A stretch of DNA of 64,000 nucleotides. It comes from Eledone cirrhosa (Eukaryota). Below, piece by piece: positions 37,592-51,330 of this stretch (its first letter is position 1; every line of letters starts with the position of its first letter). The notes beneath the pieces were generated by a model. It was given only the letters and a program-made list of their open reading frames with translations, was not told where the DNA came from and made no database searches. A program made the translations under genes and the position numbers. The stretch spans positions 367,784,001-367,848,000 of the forward strand of contig OZ024743.1 in NCBI GenBank assembly GCA_964016885.1, in the 5' to 3' direction.

Positions 37592-38200
37592 GCCAGTTTA
37601 ACTTTAAGGCCTTTTGTTTTCAAGCTATGCCTCGCTGTCTGAAATTTCTTCTCTAATTCTGTCATAGATTCAGCTATGATGTAGTGTCATCGACATATAG
37701 GAGTTGCCATGGGCAACTACTCTTATATTCCTCTGTTATAGCCTGCAGTATATTAATGAACAGGAGAGAGCACACTGAATTCCTCACTATACTCATTGTT
37801 AATTTTGACTTTGCTGATGGCCCCTCTTTCATTGGCTTATACTGCTCTCATGAATCACTCATCTACACCTACTTTTCTGAACACCAGATTATAGAGTGAG
37901 AGACTGTTAAAGCTCTCTTTAAGTCCATGAATGCTAAGTAGGGCTGCTTGCTTTTAGGCAAGTACTTCTGCATTTGCTTCACAAGGAAGAAGGCCTCAGT
38001 GGTTCTTTTTCCTGGCACAGATCCAAACTACATCTCATTTAGGTGTATACAATCCCTAATCAGTTGTTCGATGATTTTTTCTGTAACTTTCATGACCTGA
38101 TCAATCAGCTTGATGCTTCTGTAATTACTTCTCTCTAGGGCATCTCCTTCTCCCTTATAACAGTTAAGAATGATGCTGCTACACCAGTCATTGGGAATAT
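37592..38200 (-). mobile_element. Decayed RTE RT-core fragment
   Basis: Diverged antisense match to the CYKGEGDALER, FGSVPG and PWQLLYVDD region. Confidence 0.75.
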
Positions 38201-39207
38201 TTGTATGAGTGTTTTTAAGACAGATATAGTCTTACTGTGGAATGTATTTTCTGGTGAAGTTCTTGGCAAATTAGCTTACGCAAGTGTAACTTATGTAACA
38301 TATTTTATGTAACTATGCTTTACAATAGCTGGGCAAAACAGGTTTTAAAAATAACTTTAGATTGGTTAATGAATCAGAAACTGGTCTTTCTTTTATGTTT
38401 AGCTAAGAACTTGAGAGTGTATCCTGAATAATATTCATTCCTAAGCAAGACTATACAAAATCACAGACATGCATACACATATATAAGGTTGAGAAGACTT
38501 TTCCATTGTATTAAAGGCATAACAGCCTCCCTAGTAGTGGTTCCTCAATAACTCATAAACAGCACGCACTGTAAAGAGATTGGTGACAGGAAGGACATCT
38601 AGCCATAGAAAATTTTCCAAACAAAGGGTTGAGTGTATTCCTCAGTTATATCAAAGACATGACAATTTCCTTAGTGCTGGTGCTACAAATGATACTGTCT
38701 TTAATGTACCAAAATCATTGTGATCTCCATCAGACAGCTGAGGGAAAAGGATGTGTCTATGTTTTTCTATTGTTTGTACATGTCATTTGGGACAAGATTT
38801 TGAATTATATATATATATTTATATATGCATATCCACCCATAATTATATATATATAATACAAACACACACACACGCACACGCATATCATAGTAAAATGATG
38901 ATGATGATATTTCATTTCATTTGAGTTTGAGTCCATGCTCAGGCCAAGTCGAAGACTCCACCCTCAGTCGAAGACTCCACCCTCAATATATATATATATA
39001 TATATTTGTGTATCATATATATATATAATTATGGGTGGATTCTTGATGAGTATTGGCAGTTGAAAAAGGTACGCTGTTTATTAGTATAGTATAGGCATCT
39101 TTATTTTATATAGAAATTACGTCTATAGGACTACAACGATTATAGTCAATAAAAAATGAAACTGTTCTAGTCTTGTAGAAGTAATTTCTATGCAATATAT
39201 ATATATA

Positions 39208-39406
39208 TGGAAGTTACAGAGTAGGCAGACCCAGAAAAACCTGGGACGATTTGATAAATTCCGACCTTACACACTTACACATCTCTAAGACAATGGCACT
39301 GGACCAAGATCTTTGGTGCTACGCAGTAATACAGAAGACCCGCCTTGCCTATGTACAAAGCAAAACCTACAGTCAGTAGGCACCTCTTAACCAAATATAC
39401 ACCCCC
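39208..39406 (+). mobile_element. RTE subfamily B ORF-end fragment
   Basis: GRPRKTWDDLINSDLTHLHL; begins in (TA)n. Confidence 0.75.
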
Positions 39407-39662
39407 TAAACAACTTTTACTGAACACACACACACACATATATATATATATCAGGAGAGAACCAGTTTTAAACTGGTTAGATCATTACTCAACAGAGTAC
39501 GTGGTACTTAGGATAGTAGAGTATGGCTATTATATTATATCAATATATAATATATATCTATATTCAGAATATCTCATAATGGGACACAGTTTATTGTTAT
39601 GTGATAAATATATTTTGTACTCAATGTCATTATATTAATGCATTTAAAAAGTGTCTTATCAT

Positions 39663-39699
<37 letters not shown>

Positions 39700-39750
39700 T
39701 TGTGTGTATTTGTGTGTGTCTGTGCGGCTGTGTTTGTATGTGTGTGTGTA

Positions 39751-40777
39751 TCATCATCATCATCATCATCAACGTTTAACGTCCGTGTTCCACGCTTGCA
39801 TGGGTTTGGACGAGGGTAGTCCCACTTGAGGCAAGAGTGATTGTTGTCTTGCTCGCATAGGACTGTCTGGCAGGTTTTCTACAGTTGGATGCCCTTCCTA
39901 ACACCAACCACATTTACAGTGTGGGTCTGGGAGGTTTTTACCGTGTTGCCTACACGGCCACATTACAGCGTGGACTGTGTGTTTTTTTGTCGTGACACCT
40001 ACACAATCTCATTTGTTTCGGCCTGGATGGCGCGGCACCAACATAACTTTACATAGAACGGGGTGGTGTGGATGGGGTGGGGGTGGTGGTGGTGGGACGG
40101 GGTGTATTTTGTTAGAGATGCCTACTGGCTGTAGTAGGTTTTACTATGTATTTAGGTAAGGCGGGTCTTCTCTGTTACTGAGTACCGCCAAAGGTCTCGG
40201 TCCAGTGACATTGTCTTGGAGAGGTGTAAGTGTGTGAGGTCGGAGTTTATCAGCTCGTCCCAGGTTTTTCTAGGTCTGCCTATTCCGTGGCTACCGTCTA
40301 TCTTTATTGCCCTGCACTTTGTTATACAGCTATCGACTTTCATGCGCATCACGTGTCCATACCAACGTAGCCTTCTCTCGAGTAAACAACATCTGATCCC
40401 TCTTATTTCTAATTTTTTCCTTAGTTCATTTATGCTTTGCCGTTCACGTATATTACTGTTACACATCCAGCGGAGCATGCAAGCTTCATTCCTCTCTAGT
40501 CTGCGTATATCCTCTGCACACAATGCCCAGGTCTCACTGCCATGCAACATTGCTGTTCGTATGCAGGCATCGTACAACCTGCCTTTCATTTTTAGGGAGA
40601 ACCCTTTAGCAGCTAATAGTGGTATAAGCTCTCTGAACTTTTTCCAACCAGTTCTGACTCTAGCTACTGTACTTTCAGAGCACCCTCCCCCACTGCTGAT
40701 TTTATCGCCCAGGTAACGGAAGCTGTCCACTATTTCTATAGAACCCTCTGCGCAATTGAAAGAGCTAGTATTTTGTG
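39751..40777 (-). mobile_element. 5'-truncated RTE (subfamily B) with long flanking duplication
   Basis: ORF 40152-40730 and a (CAT)n tail. 39664-39750 is repeated at 40778-40860. Confidence 0.9.
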
Positions 40778-40915
40778 ATATATGTATATATGTGTGTGTG
40801 TGTGTGTGTGCGTGTTTGTGTGTGTGTCTGTGCGGCTGTGTTTGTATGTGTGTGTGTGTATATATATATATATGTAGAAGTACTATTTAAATTGTTGGGA
40901 TACAACAAGCAAATA

Positions 40916-41098
40916 ATTGGCAGTATCGGTAGAGGGTCAGACGCCATGCTTTCCAGCATAGTTACGTCCCTTTACGATCTGAGTTCAAATCCCGCCGAGG
41001 TTGACTTTGCCTTTCATCCTTACGGGGTCGATAAAATAAAGTACCAGTAATGAACTGGGTAATTGCTGGCCTTGTGCCTAAAGTAGAAACAATTATTA
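40916..41098 (+). mobile_element. SINE S1
   Basis: Same boxes, core and tail. Confidence 0.88.
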
Positions 41099-41321
41099 TA
41101 ACTGATATAAAGCACTCAACAAATTATTGGAGTAAAAATACGATATATTAACAAATGGAAACTATATTTATAAAACCATATTTATTTCATTATACATATT
41201 TCAAGGACACCAAGTTAAATTATGGTGTGCTTTCATCAGATAAAATATAATATAGAGCAGTTTTATAAATAAATATTGACATACCCTTAAAGAATGCGAC
41301 CATTTCTGTTGGAAGCTCCCG

Positions 41322-41528
41322 ATATTACTCTATATATACTATTATATTTTCATGGTAAATGCTTTATCTCACATAATTATCTCACATAATATCGAATCTA
41401 TGAGATTTTGAAAGTATTTATTTTGAGAACAATACCATAACATCAGTTTGAGTGACCGGTTACTGCCAGTTTCAACAGAAAGAGGTAGAGAATTCTAGCT
41501 GGTTTTGGCCAGTTTGAACATTAAAGGG
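41322..41528. mobile_element. piggyBac-type MITE with one TIR lost
   Basis: Homologous to 32916-33134 in the opposite orientation; ends aaaggg|ttaa. Confidence 0.75.
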
Positions 41529-41855
41529 TTAAACTGTCAGCAAGCAGACAAAGCAGAAATGAAACATTTTCTAAGAAATACACACTACCACCAGTTTATC
41601 TAGATTCTAGATAATGCAGGTCAATATTAAATATAACTATCAGAATTTATAATAGTGATGCAACCTTATTTATGATTTATCAGTATTTAGTAGGACATGT
41701 TGTGATGTGTGTACATCAAAACAAAGCAGTCAAAAAATTAATTTCCTGGTTGCAACATTCATGTTCAGTATAATACCTTGATTCACAAGTGTTGAGCTGT
41801 TTTTGAAGAACTACTGTTGAGTTTATACAATATATCAATACACACACACACACAC

Positions 41856-41888
<33 letters not shown>

Positions 41889-42294
41889 TATATGTATGCA
41901 TGTATGCATCTATGTATATCTATGTGTGTATGTATGTGTATGTGTGTATGTATGCGTGTGTATGTGTGAGTGTGTACATGTGTGTATGTGCAACATATTT
42001 CCTGATTATGATTATCATTATATAATGTTGCTAAATGCAGGGTTTGTGAATTTGTTTTTATTAACTCATATTTACTAATAAAAACTATTACTTGATGTCA
42101 TAGCCTCTTTTTACATGCATGGGCCTGTACCTGCTGAGGGAGCAGTAGGGGTGTTGTATTCACATCTGACGTTTCTAGGGCATTTTTAAAGCAGGTGGAG
42201 CCCATCTCCTTTCCAGGTCGGTCTGAATACAACAAATTTCTTAATGTGACGGATAGAAAGTGAGAGAATGGAAGTGAGAAAGAGATATAAAGGA

Positions 42295-42450
42295 AGAATC
42301 AACCCCAGTACTAGACTGGTACTTTTTTTTATCGACCTTGAGTGGATGAAAGGCAAAGTTAACTTCAGCAGGATTTGAACTGAGAGCAGAAAGCTGAAAC
42401 AAATACCGCAAAGCATTCTATCCAACATTTGAATGACTGCCATTTGCCAC
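42295..42450 (-). mobile_element. Older S1-related SINE
   Basis: ctggtactt..atcgacc..ggatgaaaggcaaagttaac..ggatttgaactgag. Confidence 0.6.
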
Positions 42451-44199
42451 AATATTGTAGGATAAAGAACCAAGTTTTATTTGCTGACATTTGAAGAGAT
42501 CATAAGTAAGAAGTATAAATTGATTCTACCAAATTAAGAAAGTTTCTAATTTCTCCATAAATGAAAGATAATTATAAATAATGCCTCATTATAATATCAA
42601 GAAAATTTTCTTCATCTACACACAGACATACACATACAGAAAGACACACACCCACACACATGTGCAGACACACATACATGCATAATTTATATACTTAATT
42701 TAATGAATACATCAAATAATGAGAAGTTATTAAATTCATAAATTGTAATTATTTGTTTCTAGTAATCAGAGAAAATTAGAAATAATTCATTAATTACGTG
42801 TGAAAGGAACAATCATATAATCTTATTCAACTTTACCTATGCAACATACATGACTTAATGCAGCTATCCAAGTTGTAATTAAAGCTATTTATACACAACT
42901 TTCAATTTAAATATTCAAAGAAAATGTTCATACATTTCTATTTAAAATAAACCTAAAAGTACCCTCTTTGCCAGCTTAAATATATTTTTAAACTTCCTAT
43001 CATTAATATGGTTGAATCAATCAATTTTACTTAGTTTTCTCAACAATGTAGCTGAGAAAGGAAAGTTACAGGCACATTCTACATACTAAATAATGGTTTT
43101 GATGACTAGTGTTTTTGTTGATTTGATCAGCAGAACAGACATTACAAGTGACTGAGCATTTCATAGATGTGTATACACTTAACATAGTTCTTGGCGAGAT
43201 TGAGCATGACACAAGGTGTGTCAAGTCTATTCCTTTGAATTATAGATACTACTCATTTTTACTGAGGATCAATATAAAATAAAGTGTCTTACTGAAGGAC
43301 ACAACATACTGTCCAGCGCATGAATCAAACTCATGATCTTATAATCGGTAGCCCAGCACCCTCCCCATATAGGCTCATTAACAAATACAAATGAAAATGT
43401 ATCCCATACCATGATTCCACTTCCTCCATGATTCCACATCCTCCATGCTTCCACTGAAAGTGGAATCTCTCAAAACAAAAGGATACTACTACAAAATTCA
43501 AATCTTGATCCCTTTATCCAAAGAACTTTTGGAAAATAGCCTGAATTGCAGTTACATGGTTGACTAAAAGAGGCAATCTATCCTTAATGTTTATTCTTGG
43601 TTGACAAATGCTTCCTAGCACATCTTTTAAATGAAAAACCAGCAACTTTAAACCTTCTCATAATGGTCCCTCTAGAGTCTAGAGAAAGTTTAATTTTCAA
43701 TATCATGTTGCAAAACATGGCATCAGATCCTCTACCGATACTGCCAATCCAAAGCTATTATCATTATCAAGGATGATAACCATGATGTGTAAATATATGT
43801 GTTAACATATAATCATTTACAAAGTATTATCATTACCAGTATATTTTCTCAGTGTTGAAGAGGACATTCTGTATGTTTGTTTTGATGTGTGTGTGTGAGG
43901 GTGCATATGTGTATGTGCATGTGTGTGTATATCTTCTTTATTCCCCTTCTGCACATCAATCCATTTTTGGACAAGCCCAGTAACAAGTCAGTTTTTCTAT
44001 AAGAGATTATTGGTCCTTCACTCTTTATGCATGTGTGTGAGTAACAGTTCAATAAACATTCCTTTTCTTATTCCTTTTCTATGATTCTCAATATAAAACT
44101 GTATAAATAAATATACTAAATTTTATTTTAATCTTATTTTCGAGCATTCTTTAATGTATAGTCATTAATTTCATACAAAGATTTTCAAAAAGTATTTCA

Positions 44200-44203
<4 letters not shown>

Positions 44204-44265
<62 letters not shown>
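44204..44265. repeat. (TC)n microsatellite
   Basis: Seen directly. Confidence 0.95.
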
Positions 44266-46987
44266 TTTTCTTTTATTTTTATCTGTCATTTTTGAAGTCA
44301 ATGAATATTCTGAAAAAGTCGTTTCCACCCCATTTCTTGAATTATATTGTCCAAAAAGTGTTCTACATTTTCTCCTCTTTTTCTTTATTTCCAACAGAGC
44401 TAAAATCTTAGCTAATTAATTTATCTTTGAATTTCATTACAAAATTTAATTCTTTAAGAAGCAAACTGGCTGAATTCTCAGTTCATACACAGCAGAAATT
44501 TCATTTACTATGTATTTATTAACTTTCAGAATATTGCAAACATGTCAACGTGTTTATGTAAAGAATAAATTGCCTGACACGAATGCTGTTAAAGAAAAAA
44601 CAGAGCAATGCTTGCGTTGCATCCAATGAAAAATTTGTTGTGAATGACATTAGAGTCACATATTTCGAAGGGTAATTAAAATCCAAATGTAATAAACCTT
44701 GCTCTATTTATTACATGTACAGAAGGAAAGGCAATTGACAGTATAAAAAACAAATAAAAACCTTTCTTCAAATAAAAACACATATAAATTCTAATGTTTC
44801 CAATTCAGAGAATTACAGGTAAATAACTACAATGCTACTGAGAATGTTTTCAATCAAATTATAGATGTTAGTAAGAGTTTGTAATTTAAAAATATTTTCT
44901 CTGAAAAGAAAAATAACTCTCAATTAAGTTGCATGATACAATTGTCTAATGTTCATCATTTTCGGCACCAATCCAATTTATATTAACAATTTAATGTAAT
45001 AAGATGTCAAAAGATAATTTTAATAATTAATTAATTCAGCTTACAATCTGATGCATCTGCCTGACTCTAAAGAGACACTCTCACAATTTTTAAAGTACAT
45101 GCCAGCCTTCGGTAACATACCATTGACTTTAAATTATCTTTAACTCCTCACCAAACAGTTCATTTATCATGACGCCAATGGTCAAGCTACAGTGTATCTC
45201 ATGTAGATTTACTTAGTGACAGTTTCAGACAATTTACAATCTGAGTTAATATCACAAATAAACTATCTTTATGAGTTGAAGCAATTTAAAGAAAAGAATA
45301 ACATTATTAATCTTGTTCAGCAGCTAAGTATTAAAACTTGCTTCAACTGAATTATGTAAAACAACAAAAATAATTGTTTCTACTTTAGGCACAAGGCCAG
45401 CAATTGCCCAGTCCATTACTAACAAAAATAATGAAAATCAATATGTCTACAAACAATGTCACATTGCATAGCTTGTGAGGTGTGAGTATTGAATGAAGAA
45501 TATCTAGCTAGGCTACAGAGAAATGAAATGAATTTTCCTTTACTCTTTAGTCAGGGAAGGAAGGGTAGTACCCATGACCCTCTTCAAAGCATCTGAGACT
45601 GGTGGATGAAGGAGGATGAAGGTATTTTCAAACTGGGGACCAAGTTGTGATGTTAAACTGAGTAACAGATTAAGTTTACCACCCAAGTAGGCCATTGCAG
45701 GATTTAAACTTAAAGTACAAAATGCCTGAACAGATACCACAAGGCATCTCATATAAGGCTCTAACAATTCCACTAATACACCATCCAGAACTAATATATT
45801 TTATTGAACCTGAAAAGTTGACCCCAACAGGATTTGAACTCAAAGCAAAGAGGGCCAAAACAAATACTGAAAGGTATTTTGTCTGAAAGTAGTTGCATGT
45901 ATAGCATTAATTTGCATGAAAGGCTGATTGTGTCTAGGTATAAAATGCAATGAGTATATTCAACTATATCAAATGACAGGCAACATATTTCATTCACTTT
46001 GAATTCTTTTTAAAATTCTATACTGAACACAATGAAAAGGCTACTAAGGTATGTAAGAGTTCTATGTTATCCTTGTATTATTATAAAACTTAAATGAAAG
46101 TAATTTACATTGAACACTATTAAAAAAAGAAAGAAATTGAGTATCTTTTTTTTGTTTTCATAAAGATATTAATTCTAGTTTTGAAGCTATGATATACATC
46201 TCTTGTGTATTATTTAGTTGAAGTTGATCAACACTAACCTATTAATTCTAGTAACTAACCTAATTTAAATAAAGGTATTAGTTGATGTGTAGAGGAGAAT
46301 TGGCTATACAGAAATGACTTGCATTGTGAAGGAATGCTATCTATGGAGTTAATGAAAGTTGAAGACAAATAGGGGTTAGAGAGCAGAGCATGAAAAACAC
46401 GGGAAGGAGTGGTGAGATCAGATCTGAAAATGTTAAGCATCACAAACAAGAAGACGTTGAAGATTGAGACAAATAGAAATATGTGGATTTCTATACCTGA
46501 TCAACCCATTGTAGAATGAGAAAAGAAATTCTATAATATCAAAGACAGTGGTAAATTGGAATTATCCATCATTATATTATTTCTATTATTGTCACCCAAC
46601 TCTGCTTGCAATATTAGTGCTGTTATCACCACCTGACTCTGCAATCATCGTGCACTGAATGGAAATGAAGCCAATCTAGATCACAATATGTTCATCACAA
46701 TCAATTATAGAATGACAGAAGATACAGTCTGGTTCCGGACTAAAGAACTTCATGACATTTGGTATTGTGGTTCAGTCAGTCACTTCGAACTACTTGGTTG
46801 ACTAACTCTGTATAACAGCATTTGTTACACACCACCATGAGCAACAGTAGTAGCAGCAGCTGCATTAATAAGGAACAGCAGTAGCAGTAGTAGTGGTGTC
46901 ATAACTACCACTATCCCAACGTCCACCAGATTAACAATAATAAAAAATTTACCATAATTTAGTTATTATTTTCAAACCTTTCTAATG

Positions 46988-47303
46988 TTGGTGTTATCAT
47001 AAAGCGCACCCAGTACACTCTGTAAAATGGTTGTTGAAAGGAAGGGCATCCAGCCATAGAAAACTTGCCAAACAAATGATCAGGAGAACTCTTTAGTTAT
47101 ATCAAAGCCATGACAATCTCCCCAATGCCATGATAAAATGCACCCAGTGCACTCTGTAGAGTGTGGGAACATAAGTAACTGAGGTGTGATCTATGGCCTG
47201 TCTGAGATGTCAGTAGCTCCTATTAAGTACTAACCTGGTCTGTGGTGACCTGAAGGAAAATAGATGTTAAATGATGATGATGAAGTGAATGATGATGAGG
47301 ATG

Positions 47304-47349
<46 letters not shown>
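46988..47349 (+). mobile_element. RTE-tailed non-coding element ending in a long (GAT)n
   Basis: gcacccagtacactctgtaaa..aggaagggcatccagccatagaaa motif shared with the RTE-A 3' UTR; ends gatgttaaatgatgatg. Confidence 0.55.
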
Positions 47350-48197
47350 CTCCAGACTTGTCTATATTAAATTAGACAAGTGGATTCTGAAATGTCTTTC
47401 AATGTAATGCCTCCTTTACAACTGGAATCCAATTATTTCCTAATTAAACATGTCCAGTAATTTCTATTTTTCCTTGTTTAATAAATAACATGACAATAAG
47501 AATAAACCTTGATAAATTAAAAAGAAATAGAATATAAAACCCTAAACATTGATTTTTTTACTTTTAATAAACCTTTCTAATTTGATGGATCATCCATTGA
47601 TTTCGCCGATGAGTATTTTGTTGTTCACTCAATTGTATACCCTAATCCTTAAATTAACATGCAAATGGCTGAGTATTCCTCCGACAATGTAATTCTCAGG
47701 CTGAAGCAGTGTGACACCATATATAATAAGACTGGACTTTTGAATTACAGGACTTCTAGATAGTTTCTGGCTATTAAATTTCACTCACAAGGCTTCGGTC
47801 TATCTAAGGCTATAGTAAAAGACACTTGCCAAAGATGCGATGCGGTGGTATTAAATGCAGGACCTTGTGATTCTCAAGAAATTTTCTTAACAGCTTCTCC
47901 ATGCTTCCATTCACTTTAGCACTAGAACACACATTAAAAGCAGAGAATAAGACTGATTGATGTTTATGCATTTCTCATATGAAAGAATAAATGTATAGAC
48001 AGAAAGTCTAAAGAAAAAATATGTAAATGAATTTCTTTACTTGATATCTTCAACTGAATCAACAAGTAATAATATGATATAAACATCACATAACATAGGT
48101 TTTCTGACTAAAAATAACAATAATTTAATATGCAATTTTTGTTTTCAACTAAAATATGTGTTTATCAAAGTAGTCGATAACATTACTCAGTCTAGAT

Positions 48198-50688
48198 CAG
48201 GGTTTCCCAAACTGGGTGATATCGCCCACCGGTGGGCAATTTCAACTATCGGGTGCGCGATGAACGAATTTTTAGGAAATGGTGGGCAATCTAAAATGTT
48301 GGTGGGTGACAAAGGATTTTCAGTAATTAAGTATGTTATTGATCATATAATGGCCGGTATGCTGTAATCACACAGCTCGGATTCGCTCTTCCCTAGTCTA
48401 GACTAAGGAAGTAGTATCCAGCTGTATGACTGTAATTCATCTGTTTTCAACTGATTCATGTCTAGCAGTTAACGACTGCCGAACAACTCACATGGACAGC
48501 TTGCATTGGACGCGCACACATCCGCATGCATCGGTAAGCTAAAACAGGTGATGATGCAAGACCAATGGCAAAACGTGTTAACACTGCTGTTGTCATGCAT
48601 CGTGAATTTTTGCCTTTGCCGATTCCGCCTCTATGAATTCTTTTTTTTAATTTTAACTTCCCTGACGCCTCCGGTAAAGAAAACTTGTCGCTAGTACATC
48701 AGTGATTATTTATCATATGGATTTATTGCTTCTCCTCAATTACCCATGTGTCTTCTATGCCAGCAAACTTTGAGCAATGAAGCCATGAAACCTTCACGCT
48801 TGAAATATATTTTGATTCCAAGCATTCTGACAAAAAAGACGAACAGTTGTCATATTTTTTGCAACTTAAGGCCTCTTTCGAAAAGTGGAAAACACTGAAC
48901 ACGATGTTTAGGGAAGCAACTGAAAATGACGGTATGATTGCGTCGTACGATATTGCATTACTGGTCGCAAAGACCGGGAAGTCTCACACTATAGGAGAAA
49001 CATTGCTTTGGCCTGTCATTGAAGAAGTTCTGTCGACTGTAATGCACGAGAAGTCCGACAATTATTAAGAAAATTCCACTTAGTAACAATACAATTTCTT
49101 GACGAATAGATGAAATGGCCACCAATGGCCATCAACTCATTCAAATTCTCCAGTGTTCTGAATTTTCTATACAAGTGGATGAGTCAACCGTTATAGATGA
49201 CCAATGTTTGATGATGGTTTATGTTCGATATTTCAATGAATACCTTCAACCTTGTGAGGAAATGCTGTTCACAGAGAACTTGGTGCTTGATTGAAAAGGT
49301 ACATCTATTTTCGATATGCTTAAGCGTTTCCTTTCTGAACATCATATCCCACTGACCAATATTATTGCCTGTGCATCTGATGGGGCCCCTTCCATGGTTG
49401 GAAGATACAGAGGTTTTTCATCTCTCCTAAAGCGTGAAATTTCTAAACAGATTTTAACAGTTCATTATGTGATACACCGGCATTTAGTGGCAAATAATAT
49501 GCACTGCAAAAAATATGCGCTGAATGATGTGCTGCAGTTGGTTATCAAGACTGTGAATAAACTGAAATCAAATTCCTTGTCTGATCGAATTTTCCGTCAA
49601 CTGTTTCTCGATAATGATGATGACTCTGTTAGGCTTTTGTACCATACTGAAGTACGATGGCTGTCAAAGGGCAACTCTGTTGTTTGCTTTGTTGAACTGT
49701 TTCATCTGATCATATCTTTCTTGGAAAGTACTGCTCTGTCGGCTTCATTGATTGCTGCAAAGCGCGATATTTTTTTTCTGAGCGATATATTCACTAAAAT
49801 TAATGATTTGATCGAGTTGTTGCAAGGAAAGCAAAAGACTCTTGTCGACTGTAAATCATTTATCACTGCCTTCATTTCGAAATTGGTCCTGTTTAAAATA
49901 AACATTTCCAAACATCAATTGTATCAATTTCCACAACTCGATTCTTTGAAAGATGAATTGGTTGACGAGGATATCGTTACTTATCATGACTATCTACAAT
50001 CATTGCATGATGACATGGTGGAGAGATTTCAAGATGTTATTACATTGAATATTCCAAATTGGTATAGCAATCTGTTTGAAGTCCAAGCAGTCTATTGCGA
50101 GGAGGAGCTAATTGAATTGCAAAATGATAATGAGGTCACAATGCGATATCGGCTTCATGGCAAAGAATGCTTGTGGTATCATCAAAGTATATTAAATTCT
50201 TACCCCAACCTATGGAAGCATTTGAAATTAATTTTGCTTGCCTTCCCAACGTCGTACTTGGTCAAATCTGGTTACAGTCACGTTGGTACTTTACTTTCTA
50301 AAAGCAGAAGTGGACCAAATGAGGAGACTTGCGATTAAAATTGACAAGTTTGCAACCAAATGTGTCTGCACTAGCTGTGTCACATCAGCCTCAAGGATCA
50401 CACTGAAAACTAAACATGGTGAGTTTGTTGAACATTTGATACATGTATCATTCAATTTTGTTTCATTGAGAAACATTTAGCAATCAAAAACTTCATTCTT
50501 CTGAATAACGTTTCAACTCCGAATGCCCATATTTTCCAATATTTCATCTCAATAAATATTTCATTTTTTAAGTAACCGTTCTGAATAATGCTTTATTCTT
50601 GAGTCCTTAAAATTACTGCACAGGTGGGCGATGGGAATTTTTGTGTGTGGAAAAGTGGGCGATAACGACAAAAAGGTTGGGATCCCTG
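48198..50688 (+). mobile_element. Full-length hAT DNA transposon, Charlie/Buster group
   Basis: TIRs CAGGGTTTCCCAAACT and AGGTTGGGATCCCTG. Perfect 8-bp TSD GTCTAGAT at 48190-48197 and 50689-50696. Confidence 0.93.
48660..50406 (+). pseudogene. Disrupted Buster-type transposase
   Basis: YLSYGF..PMCLLC..MKPSRL (BED-like), KSHTIGE, FSIQVDES, ASDGAPSMVG, HTEVRWLSKG, FPTSYLV and terminal HQPQGSH*. Several stops and frameshifts. Confidence 0.88.
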
Positions 50689-51153
50689 GTCTAGATGATT
50701 GTACACTGATCTTTCCATATACTTATATTATGATTGAAGTTATGTAGATTCTGATAACTACATATATGATGAAGTCTGTTGTTAACTAATATGATCTTTC
50801 ATAATTTCTTTTAGCTGCTGCTGATGTGCATGTTTTATTGTTTTAATTGCACAATTCTTGGCACTCTACTGCACCAACTTTAGCATTTTTCACTGACACA
50901 CAGCCAATAATATTTGTTTATACTTTATTTACAATAATTTGGTGATAGAAATAAATAATTAAAGTTGTATTTATATTTTGATGGCACAGCTCTCATTGAG
51001 TCTTGCTACTTTAGCACCAGCTTAAATGTTCTGACAATATAATACATTTTAAATACTGTCACTCTTGCGTGTATTATTTTCCACCATCGTCCACAAAAAT
51101 GTTTCAGTGTAAAAATCTAGTTGTCTTCCGAAAAATTTAATTTTTTTTCTTTT

Positions 51154-51330
51154 GAGACTTCTGGCATCCTTGGTCCCTGCACTGCTGATTTCCTCCATAA
51201 AGTCGGAAAGACAGTGGCCCACTTGAGGAGGGAGCTCCATGAGGTGGGGTTTGGCTGCTGCAGCAGGTGTCTCTAGCCATTCTCCGTGGCAACACTTTTG
51301 CCGTTTTTGTCTGCGAGGTGCAGGTAAGGC
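51154..51330 (+). mobile_element. CRE-like RLE C-terminal fragment
   Basis: ETSGILGPCTADFLHKVG..(frameshift)..WLLQQVSLAILRGNTF. Confidence 0.65.

Noticed and set aside
45040-45111. Possible 72-bp exon (ag|..YNLMHLPDSKETLSQFLKYMPAF..|gtaaca)
   Set aside because: Weak splice signals, no recognisable homology and no partner exons; needs RNA-seq.
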